Assembly: GCA_043754515.1 (NCBI GenBank)
Contig: JAYUUO010000216.1
Coordinates: 1-29,510 of the forward strand
DNA length: 29,510 bases
From: Armatimonadota bacterium
Lineage (GTDB): Bacteria > Armatimonadota > Armatimonadia > Armatimonadales > Armatimonadaceae
Direction of reading: 5' to 3'
In this document: positions 9,073 through 18,420 of the stretch, piece by piece
How the letters are laid out: each line of letters begins with the position of its first letter
Position numbering within the stretch: position 1 is the first letter of the stretch
Program-made: the position numbers and the translations under genes
The notes under the pieces: model-generated
The model's input: the letters and a program-made list of their open reading frames with translations, nothing else
The model's database searches: none
Told to the model about the DNA's origin: nothing

Positions 9073-9184
9073 CAAGCAGTATGCTACAATGGGCGCGAAA
9101 ACGGGCGATAAACGACATCGTACAGCGTTCCTTTTCCAGCCAGTCATGCAACGTGTTTTAGAGTAAGCTCCGTCGGCTACTCAC

Positions 9185-9213
9185 AGTGTATACCGTGTTT
9201 GTCAGGTTTGCAA
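9185..9213 (-). promoter_or_regulatory. Putative sigma70 promoter of the passenger genes
   Basis: TTGCAA-17 nt-TACACT on the minus strand, preceded by an A-tract (AAAAAATAAT) in the UP-element position. Confidence 0.7.
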
Positions 9214-9301
9214 CATTATTTTTTGGCACGCGTCAGACCTATATCAGGTACCGCTTATTCATGTACCGTCTGACTGGATGCCGTTTTAGCGAGTTACGTT
9301 G

Positions 9302-9325
9302 GTCATGCGGGTGAATTCGCATGAC
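9302..9325. repeat. REP-like palindrome GTCATGCG-N8-CGCATGAC, with a related copy at 9396-9420
   Basis: Perfect 8-bp stem. Homologous to gtgacgcgggtggaatccgcatgac inside MITE copy B. Confidence 0.7.
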
Positions 9326-9354
9326 AACCCCTGGTGGGACGACTAGTGGGACGT

Positions 9355-9525
9355 CAGGGCGGGCGCATCTAAATCTATGACCGCCGGTCGGTCGGGTGAC
9401 GCGGGTGGAATCCGCATGACCCGGCCGACCCGTAGTGGGCTAACCGACCCGCCGATCAGCGACAACCTACGGACCGACCACCGCCGAACCTTGGCAGGCA
9501 CCTTCGTTTAGATGTGATCGCCCTG
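9355..9525. mobile_element. MITE copy B, 171 bp, ISAs1-like terminal inverted repeats
   Basis: The 19-bp TIRs CAGGGCGGGCGCATCTAAA (9355-9373) and TTTAGATGTGATCGCCCTG (9507-9525) are 16/19 complementary. CAGGG termini are characteristic of the ISAs1 family. Internal hairpin at 9386-9430. No transposase. Confidence 0.8.
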
Positions 9526-9685
9526 TACCTGCTCTAGAAACCGGGGACGTTACCTGTGTTTTGCCGGTATACTACGGGTACGCTCCGAACGCGAGCGACC
9601 CTGGGCGGGGCTTACGCGCGGGCGATCCTGCCGGGGTTCACGGTTCCATTTCTGTTTACGCTTTTTAGGAGGGGTATAAAAACCC

Positions 9686-12277
<2,592 letters not shown>

Positions 12278-12288
12278 CACGAAGAAGC

Positions 12289-12321
12289 GACGCCGGGGCG
12301 GTTCCGCCCCGGCGTCACTTT
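12289..12321 (+). terminator. Intrinsic terminator after clpC
   Basis: 12-bp perfect stem GACGCCGGGGCG-gttc-CGCCCCGGCGTC, followed by a short T-run. Confidence 0.7.
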
Positions 12322-12349
12322 CGAGTGCCGCGACGCAGGAGAAAAAACC

Positions 12350-12725
12350 ATGCCGATAGCAACACCCTACGACGCGACGACGAAGGTGCTGGTGGAGAAC
12401 TTCGCGGCGGACTAGATCGCCTATCTGGGCCTCCCGCCCGGTGAGGTTTCACTCATGGACGCCGACCTGGCCACCGTGACCACGGAGGCGGACCGGTTGA
12501 TCCAGGTCATCCCGACGAACGGCCGGAAATACATAGTCCACATCGAGCCACAGTCCGGCGACACGACCGACCTGCCCCTGCGCATGTTGCGCTATGCGGA
12601 AGCTCGGCACACTATCCCGGCGCGTAGAAGATGCCATCCGCGCCGCGCCCGGCCTGGAGCGGCTGGAACTCGCTATCGAGCGCGTGTCCGCCGTCGAGAA
12701 CTGGGACGAACTCCTCCCGCTCTAG
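12350..12725 (+). pseudogene. Rpn/YhgA-like (PD-(D/E)XK nuclease, putative transposase) pseudogene with a DUF4351-like tail
   Basis: RBS and ATG 12350 give MPIATPYDATTKVLVENFAAD*IAYLGL...DADLATVTTEADRL...IVHIEPQ...LPLRMLRY, with an in-frame TAG at 12413-12415. After about 12596 another frame reads RKLGTLSRRVEDAIRAAPGLERLELAIERVSAVENWDELLPL*. The central part of the gene is missing. Confidence 0.8.
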
Positions 12726-12823
12726 CGCGACCTCGTCCCGAGCGTCGTGCGAGTCGGCATCGCGATGTTTTTGGCCGGCGGGAGATTTGCCGTCGGGCCT
12801 GTGTTAGCCACGAACTAGATACC

Positions 12824-12858
12824 AACGCCGCGCCGACCAGTGTAGACGGCGCGGCGTT
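12824..12858 (-). terminator. Hairpin downstream of PEP-CTERM gene 12871-13740
   Basis: AACGCCGCGCCG-N11-CGGCGCGGCGTT, a perfect 12-bp stem 12 nt after the stop codon. Confidence 0.6.
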
Positions 12859-12870
12859 CCTCGCGGTGCC

Positions 12871-13740
12871 CTATTTGCGGCGACGCAAAAATATGCCCAC
12901 AATCGGAAGACCCAGCAGTACCAGTGTCCCCGCCTCCGGCACGGCCGTGGCTGCGGGACGGATGGCGACGCCGCTCGCGCCGCCCGCGCCAAAACTTCCT
13001 AAATACGCCCCGGTGTTGATGTTGTAGCGATATACGCCGCTGGTCGCGCTCCCGATATACAGCGTGGTGTCCGTGTTGTCCATGTAATACGGGAAACTTG
13101 CCACCGTAGCGGAGAAGTCACCGATCAGGGTGCCGGTAGCACTCAGGCGATGTAAGCGGTTGCCGCTACGGTCGGCCACGAGATAGTTCCCGTTCGGCAG
13201 AAGATGCACATCGGCGATGTTGGTGGACGCATAGAACGAAGAAATCGCGCCCGTAGTGGTGTTGATGCGCCGAACATTGCCGCCGCTACCTCCCTCGGTC
13301 GCCAGAAGGTCTCCGCCGGGCATGAACTGTAATCCAAGAGCCGCGGTGACCCCGGAATAGGCTTGCAGAATGCTTCCGTCGGCGGGGTTGACTTTTAGAA
13401 CGCGGTTTTTATTGTACTCGGAAACATACAGATCGCCATCCGCGCCGAACTTGACATTGGTAGCACGATTCAAACCGCTGATGACCGTTCCGAGAAACGC
13501 CCCGGTGTCGGGATTGAACTTCTTCACGGCTCCCGCAGAATCGTCGGAAACATACAGGCTGCCGCCCGCGCCAAATACGATGTTCTGGGCGCCGACAAGG
13601 TTGCTCGTGACGACATTGCGAACAAACCCGCCGTCGTACGTGTACTCCGAAATAGCGGTGCCGGTATTGATGTAAACCTGCGCATGGGCAAGCGTAGTAG
13701 TAACAGCGCACAAAAGCGCGGCGATGATGATAGTTTTCAT
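12871..13740 (-). CDS. PEP-CTERM protein with an NHL/Vgb-like beta-propeller
   Basis: Signal peptide (AHA), repeats FGAGGSLYVS, FGADGDLYVS, FMPGGDLLA and LPNGNYLVA, and C-terminal VPEAGT + TM + RRRK. Confidence 0.9.
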   Translation of the reverse strand: MKTIIIAALLCAVTTTLAHAQVYINTGTAISEYTYDGGFVRNVVTSNLVGAQNIVFGAGGSLYVSDDSAGAVKKFNPDTGAFLGTVISGLNRATNVKFGADGDLYVSEYNKNRVLKVNPADGSILQAYSGVTAALGLQFMPGGDLLATEGGSGGNVRRINTTTGAISSFYASTNIADVHLLPNGNYLVADRSGNRLHRLSATGTLIGDFSATVASFPYYMDNTDTTLYIGSATSGVYRYNINTGAYLGSFGAGGASGVAIRPAATAVPEAGTLVLLGLPIVGIFLRRRK

Positions 13741-13794
13741 AACAGAAGTTCTCTTTATGGTTAGTGGCGTATCAGTAAGCCCGAACAGAGTTTC

Positions 13795-13825
13795 CGGGCG
13801 ACGCGGCGCGAGGCCACGTCGCCCG
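13795..13825 (-). terminator. Intergenic hairpin between the lipoprotein and PEP-CTERM genes
   Basis: CGGGCGACG...CGTCGCCCG stem with no clear U-tract. Confidence 0.4.
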
Positions 13826-13836
13826 ATCCAGCGTGT

Positions 13837-14916
13837 CTAATTTCCGAACAGAATGCTCGATGTTTCCACCACGCCGTTCACGCGCAATCTCCCGACACCG
13901 TTCTGGAACATCGTCGGGTACACCAGCACGTTCTCGAAGCGCACCCGTACTTTCGTCGCGTCCGCTTGCTCGATTACGACCTGTCCCTCGCCCGCGTCGG
14001 GGTAATGATAACTCTGCCAGGAGCGCGTGGTCGTGTTGTTCTCGGTGTAGCCGTATTCCTGGTAAGTGAACAAGGCGTTCGCGGGGCTTGCGGTCGGTTG
14101 CGCGAACTTCACCGGGTAGGTGCCGGGGACCAGTCCGCCGCTCGCGATCATCATGTCAAGGTTCAGGGAGAACGTTACCTTGTCGCTCGCCTCCTCGCAC
14201 TTGACGTTCATATTCGCGGCGACAGGCGTGGTGCCGATCGTGGTCGGCAGACGATACCCGGTCGCCGTCACCCGCACCGCGTAGGCCCCCGTATGGCTGT
14301 TGTTGTGTGCGTCGGTTCCGTCGGGGGTGATCGTGAGGGTGTTGACGGCGGTTGTCGGGGGCAACGGGCTGGGCGAAGCGGCGGGAGTCGGGGTCGCCTG
14401 CGGGGACGGCGTCGGGCCGGGCGTCGCCGTCGGGACACTGCCGAAGGTCCCCGTATAGGTTTGCGTGCCGTAGGTCAGGGTGTAACCGCCGCCGATGTTG
14501 CCGTTGCCGGGCGTTGGGAGCGTACCGTTATATGAGAAAGGTTGTCCGGCGATGTTTCCGGTCATGCTAAACGCGCCTGTGTAAGGATCAACGGTGCCGC
14601 TGATGGCATACACGCCGCTCGCGAACGCGAACGACTGTGACTGACGACCGCGGCTGTCCCCTACAGTGAGCGTGCCGGTAGCGCGGTTGTCCGCCCCGAC
14701 GGTGAGGGCCACGGCCCCCGTTTTGCCGCCGCCGAGCGCGACGGTGCTGGTATACGAGCCGACGAACCGGCTGACAGCCGGGGACGCGGCGGCAAACGGC
14801 AACCCCGCGTTCGGGTTGTCATTACCGCCGCCGCAACCGGCAAGGCATAGCGCGAAGGCCAGAACCGCGCCGAGAGCCGCCGTGGTATGCGGCGCAAGAT
14901 TGTAGCGAAATAGCAT
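13837..14916 (-). CDS. Hypothetical lipoprotein with two beta-rich domains joined by a Pro/Thr linker
   Basis: Lipobox LAGC followed by GGG, linker PTATPGPTPSPQATPTPAASPSP, and a GGAGAAGGA RBS. Confidence 0.85.
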   Translation of the reverse strand: MLFRYNLAPHTTAALGAVLAFALCLAGCGGGNDNPNAGLPFAAASPAVSRFVGSYTSTVALGGGKTGAVALTVGADNRATGTLTVGDSRGRQSQSFAFASGVYAISGTVDPYTGAFSMTGNIAGQPFSYNGTLPTPGNGNIGGGYTLTYGTQTYTGTFGSVPTATPGPTPSPQATPTPAASPSPLPPTTAVNTLTITPDGTDAHNNSHTGAYAVRVTATGYRLPTTIGTTPVAANMNVKCEEASDKVTFSLNLDMMIASGGLVPGTYPVKFAQPTASPANALFTYQEYGYTENNTTTRSWQSYHYPDAGEGQVVIEQADATKVRVRFENVLVYPTMFQNGVGRLRVNGVVETSSILFGN

Positions 14917-14991
14917 GATGATATCCTTCTCCGTTGCCCCGCCCCGCTGTACTGGCCGACCGATTCGGCGGTCAGAGCGGGCAACAAAAAC

Positions 14992-15024
14992 AGTCTACGA
15001 CCAGATCGTTACAGCACCGTTACA
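14992..15024 (-). promoter_or_regulatory. Pho-box-like (OmpR/PhoB-family) direct repeat plus -10, upstream of the lipoprotein gene
   Basis: Minus strand: TGTAACGGTGC-TGTAACGATCT-GGTCG-TAGACT. Same architecture as 18114-18146. Confidence 0.7.
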
Positions 15025-15161
15025 AGCCCGAGGTCACATCTATTGCATCCCCGCTGGGGCTAGTGCCGGTACATTCGAGGGCGCGGGTCGCGGGTAAGCC
15101 GTTGCCATCGGGCACGGCGCGAAATATTCTCCCGGCGGATGGGTATTTCTTGAAAGGTTCG

Positions 15162-15170
15162 TGCTATAAT
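15162..15170 (+). promoter_or_regulatory. Extended -10 promoter of PEP-CTERM gene 15267-16085
   Basis: TG-C-TATAAT about 100 nt upstream of the start codon. Confidence 0.6.
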
Positions 15171-15266
15171 GGGGTCATCTCGACGGAGCGAAAGTTGCCA
15201 ACAGTAGGTACCCTGCGGAAAAAGTTTTCCTCGCCCCGCAACGTTTCAAGTAAAGGATTCGACTTT

Positions 15267-16085
15267 ATGCGTACATCAGATACGACAACCCTATCCGTAC
15301 TCTGCGGGGTACTACTCGTCGCGGGCGCGGCGCAAGCCCGCCCGACTATCATCGCGAGCGACAACGCTTCCGGCTATTCCGGCGGCAACTACAACGGACA
15401 GAACCAGGGCTTCGGCTTCGGGGCGTTTCAGATCAGCCCCGCGACCAACGACGGCAACTCGGGTGCCTTCATCGGCGACTCGAACAGCAACGGCGGGCAG
15501 GGCGGTCCGGGTATCAACACGACCGGGAAGGCATTCGGGATGTACGAGACGGTTCAGAACACCGTGTTCAACATCAACCGCCCCTTCGCTACCACGCTCA
15601 AAACCGGGGATGTGTTCTCGATGTCGTTCGACAGCGGATTCATCACCGGTGGGTTTGTCGGGTTCGGTCTCCAGGACGCGGTCGGCAACGATCGGTTCAA
15701 CTTCAACTTCATCGGCGGCCAGGCTGTGTACCGGGTACGCGACAGCACCGGCGACGTCAACACCACGCTCGGCTTCACCGACGGCGGCTTGAGCGTCTCA
15801 TTCTCCCTGACCAGCGCGACCACGTACTCGTTCACGGGCACTCGTAACAGCGACAGTGCCACCTTCACGCGCACGGGAAGCCTGATCGCCGGTACCAATA
15901 CCGGAGCCATCGCGCGTCTCCAGGTGTTCGACAGCCAGAACCAGGGCGGGCAACAAAACGATCTGTTTTTCAACAACCTCCAGATCACCTCCGCGACCGT
16001 GGTTCCCGAGTCGGGCGCGGCGACGCTCCTGCTCATCGGGAGCGCGTTGCCGCTCGTGGGCCTCGTGATCCGCCGCAAGAAATAG
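15267..16085 (+). CDS. PEP-CTERM sorting-domain protein (Gly/Asn/Phe-rich beta domain)
   Basis: ATG 15267 after AAAGGA, signal peptide ending AQA, and C-terminal VPESGA + TM + RRKK. The ORF track start at 14934 runs through promoter DNA. Confidence 0.9.
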   Translation: MRTSDTTTLSVLCGVLLVAGAAQARPTIIASDNASGYSGGNYNGQNQGFGFGAFQISPATNDGNSGAFIGDSNSNGGQGGPGINTTGKAFGMYETVQNTVFNINRPFATTLKTGDVFSMSFDSGFITGGFVGFGLQDAVGNDRFNFNFIGGQAVYRVRDSTGDVNTTLGFTDGGLSVSFSLTSATTYSFTGTRNSDSATFTRTGSLIAGTNTGAIARLQVFDSQNQGGQQNDLFFNNLQITSATVVPESGAATLLLIGSALPLVGLVIRRKK

Positions 16086-16107
16086 GCATCCGCCGCAAGA
16101 AATAGGC
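16068..16107. repeat. Perfect 20-bp tandem duplication covering the stop codon
   Basis: ATCCGCCGCAAGAAATAGGC x2 (16068-16087 and 16088-16107). Confidence 0.95.
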
Positions 16108-16126
16108 GCAGCGATCAGCCCGCGCT

Positions 16127-16172
16127 GAAACGAACGCCCCGCCGGAAGTCAATCCGGCGGGGCGTTTCGTGT
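16127..16172. terminator. Probable bidirectional terminator between convergent PEP-CTERM genes
   Basis: AACGCCCCGCCGGA-agtcaa-TCCGGCGGGGCGTT stem, with an A-rich left flank and a T-rich right flank. Confidence 0.75.
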
Positions 16173-16230
16173 TCGTGATCATTCCCATTCCCTCTGGTTC
16201 GGCGGGAACCCGTGTGGTCCCCTTTAGCCC

Positions 16231-17022
16231 CTACCTTCGCCGACGCACTGCAACGAACCCGATCAGCGGGAGAACGAACAGCGCGAGCGTTCCAGCTTCC
16301 GGCACGACGACAGCGGCTATTCGCGGGCTTGTCGCGCCAGTAAACCCCGTGCCGAAGGTTCCGGTACGCCCTTTGCCGGACAAGTCGGCGATAGTGCCGT
16401 TCGTGCTGTTGTAATCGGTCGCGGCAAAGTTGTATAACAGTTCCGTGTTAGCGTCCGCGCCCATATCGCCGGACGGCACGACTACCGACGCGCCCGTGTA
16501 CCGTGCGACGCTCGAAACGCGAAGCGAATCTATCGCGCCGACGAAACTACTCCGCTGAAAACCGTCCCGGAAAATCGCCCCGACATGCGCGATGCTACCG
16601 CCGCCGTTGTTGACCGCCGCCAACGCCGACGGACGGGACGCGAGTAGCGAGCCGTCCAGATAGATTCGCTCGTTCGCGGCGTCATGCACGAAGGCGATAT
16701 GATAGAAGCGGTCTGCCAACAGTGACGCCGGGGAATCGAGTAGCGTGGTACCGGACGGGTAGGCGAAGCCGCCGGGCGATTGCGCGCCGCCGAACACGAG
16801 CGTTTTATCTTCCACTCCGCTCTGCCATTCGTTGAACACGAAACCGACATTCGCCGGGTTAGTAAGCGATAGCCGCGCCTCAATGGTCATCTCGTTGCCG
16901 ACCACTGTGTTGCCAGACACCGAAATCGTGTCCGTGGTCGCGCTAAACAGGGCATATTGAGCGTGCGCGGCGAGGGGTGCGCAGGCGACGAGGGCAAGGG
17001 CGATTAAAAAACGTCTCATCAT
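16231..17022 (-). CDS. PEP-CTERM protein with a LamG/ConA-like jelly-roll domain
   Basis: MTIEARL, FYHIAFVHD, RIYLDGSL, FVGAIDSLRVSSVARY and LLYNF, then VPEAGT + TM + RRRR. The start overlaps the upstream stop (ATGA). Confidence 0.9.
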   Translation of the reverse strand: MMRRFLIALALVACAPLAAHAQYALFSATTDTISVSGNTVVGNEMTIEARLSLTNPANVGFVFNEWQSGVEDKTLVFGGAQSPGGFAYPSGTTLLDSPASLLADRFYHIAFVHDAANERIYLDGSLLASRPSALAAVNNGGGSIAHVGAIFRDGFQRSSFVGAIDSLRVSSVARYTGASVVVPSGDMGADANTELLYNFAATDYNSTNGTIADLSGKGRTGTFGTGFTGATSPRIAAVVVPEAGTLALFVLPLIGFVAVRRRR

Positions 17023-17969
17023 GAGGAAGCCTTTCTTCTACAGGCGGAGCGGCGCACAATCGCGCCGAGTAATGGTACCACAAGCAGAGCAAGCGCGGAC
17101 GGCTCCGGCACGGCGGTCGCGGCGGCGGGCAGGAACGCGAGTGTACTCGGAGTGGCGAAGCCCGACCCGACTGTGCCGAGCGATACGCCGGTGGGGGATA
17201 GGTGTTGTACGATGTTGCTCAAACCGTTCGCGGTATACACATCGCCGTTAGGGGCGATGGCGATGTCAGACACGGTGGTGCCGGAGAGGGTCGCGAACAC
17301 GCCGAGACTGACCCCGCCCGCCGTGAACCGGGAGATGACGCCGTTCACGGAACCGCCGAGCACGTCGCCGTTCGGCATGACCTGGATGCTGCGGAAGCCG
17401 GGCACCGTGCCGACCAGTCCGAGGTTCGCGCCCGCCGACGAAAACCGCCGTATCTGCCCGTTGCTGGAACTGCCGACGAACAGGTCGCCGTTCGCGCCGG
17501 TACTCATCTTGTAGGCGTCACTCGTCAGCGTGGCGAATACGCCAAGACTGGTACCGTTCGGAGCGAACCGATTGATCTGTCCGCTGGTGTACGAGGAAAC
17601 ATACAAGTTACCGGACAGGTCGAACGCGATATCCGACGGCTCCAAACCGGCGTAGAAGTTGCTGACTACACCCGTTGGGCTAATCTTTACTACGCCGTTA
17701 TTCGAGTCGTTCGGGTTATTGATGGCGCCCTGGAACCGCGCGGCATACAGGTTGCCCGCGGAATCGAACGCCGAGCCGAAGAACCGGATGCCACTCGGCA
17801 CGGATGGCTGCGCGAACACGGTTTTTGTGCCATCGGGTGATACGCGCCAGACTTTGTTCGAGAAGTATTCGCCGACGAGCATATCTTGCGCGTGGGCGGT
17901 CGCGGTCAGCAAGGTCGCAATGCAGGACAGGGCGAGCGCGGTGAGCGCGGCGTAGTGAATTCGTTTCAT
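17019..17969 (-). CDS. PEP-CTERM protein with an NHL/SMP-30-like beta-propeller
   Basis: Signal peptide AHA, repeats AFDSAGNLYA, AFDLSGNLYVS, GANGDLFV, MPNGDVL and IAPNGDVY, then VPEPSA + TM + basic tail. Confidence 0.9.
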   Translation of the reverse strand: MKRIHYAALTALALSCIATLLTATAHAQDMLVGEYFSNKVWRVSPDGTKTVFAQPSVPSGIRFFGSAFDSAGNLYAARFQGAINNPNDSNNGVVKISPTGVVSNFYAGLEPSDIAFDLSGNLYVSSYTSGQINRFAPNGTSLGVFATLTSDAYKMSTGANGDLFVGSSSNGQIRRFSSAGANLGLVGTVPGFRSIQVMPNGDVLGGSVNGVISRFTAGGVSLGVFATLSGTTVSDIAIAPNGDVYTANGLSNIVQHLSPTGVSLGTVGSGFATPSTLAFLPAAATAVPEPSALALLVVPLLGAIVRRSACRRKASS

Positions 17970-18113
17970 AGGTTCTGGTTGGTCTTTCCGTGGTCAGGGC
18001 CGGGCAATAATAGTGTCGAGCGGCGGTCCGGCGGGTGCATCCTGGTCTAGTTTGGTCGCGCGTGCCGTTGTACTAAGGACAAGTCACGGTGCGAAGGGCG
18101 GCGAGACAGAAAT

Positions 18114-18146
18114 AGTGTAACAACCCATCGTTACAGCATCGTTACA
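18114..18146 (-). promoter_or_regulatory. Pho-box-like (OmpR/PhoB-family) direct repeat plus -10, upstream of the PEP-CTERM pair
   Basis: Minus strand: TGTAACGATGC-TGTAACGATGG-GTTGT-TACACT. Confidence 0.7.
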
Positions 18147-18237
18147 TGGCGACGGTCCGGTGAACCATTCCACCCCCCGCGCCGAAGCGACCTACCGCCC
18201 GCCATCCGTTGCGACGTGTCTACGATGCGACCATATA

Positions 18238-18266
18238 TCGACTACGCAAGCAGATGCGGGTATAAT
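18238..18266 (+). promoter_or_regulatory. Putative sigma70 promoter of the histidine kinase gene
   Basis: TCGACT-17 nt-TATAAT. Confidence 0.6.
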
Positions 18267-18420
18267 GGGGCGTAAATTATCGGTATATAGCACCACCCCC
18301 GTCCTCGCGCACCCAGCCGCGATTCGGGAAGAGTGAGCGCGGGCTTGTGTCAAATCGTGAACATCCGTTACCCGTCCCCGGTCGGTGCCGACCGTGACCG
18401 GAAAGTAGGTCTCACTCGAA

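Larger units (their letters stand above)
5713..9525. mobile_element. Putative MITE-flanked composite transposon without a transposase, carrying two secreted-protein genes
   Basis: Two direct-orientation MITEs. The outer flanks CACCTGTTCT (5703-5712) and TACCTGCTCT (9526-9535) match 8/10. The interior is visibly lower in GC than hrcA and clpC. Confidence 0.65.

Noticed and set aside
5770..9514. Reading the 34-bp direct repeats as attL/attR, dif/pdif or integron attC sites
   Set aside because: There is no integrase, the match to XerC/XerD arms or RYYYAAC/GTTRRRY cores is poor, and the repeats are better explained as the right parts of two TIR-bounded MITEs.
9348..9556. The flanks of MITE copy B joined (GGGACGT|TACCTG) match GGGACGTTACCTG at 9544-9556, hinting at a solo insertion without TSD
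   Set aside because: Not used as the main model because it leaves the 10-bp match at the outer composite ends unexplained. It remains a caveat that an empty-site comparison would settle.
12413..12415. In-frame TAG as programmed read-through (pyrrolysine or alternative code)
   Set aside because: TAG is a normal stop in many genes here, and the same gene also has a frameshifting deletion.
12455..13027. 190-aa plus-strand ORF as an intact gene
   Set aside because: Only its first 47 or so codons are Rpn-like. The rest is out-of-frame read-through into the antisense of the PEP-CTERM gene.
14934..15266. 111-codon N-terminal extension of the PEP-CTERM ORF
   Set aside because: It covers divergent promoter DNA. 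The RBS and signal peptide point to ATG 15267.
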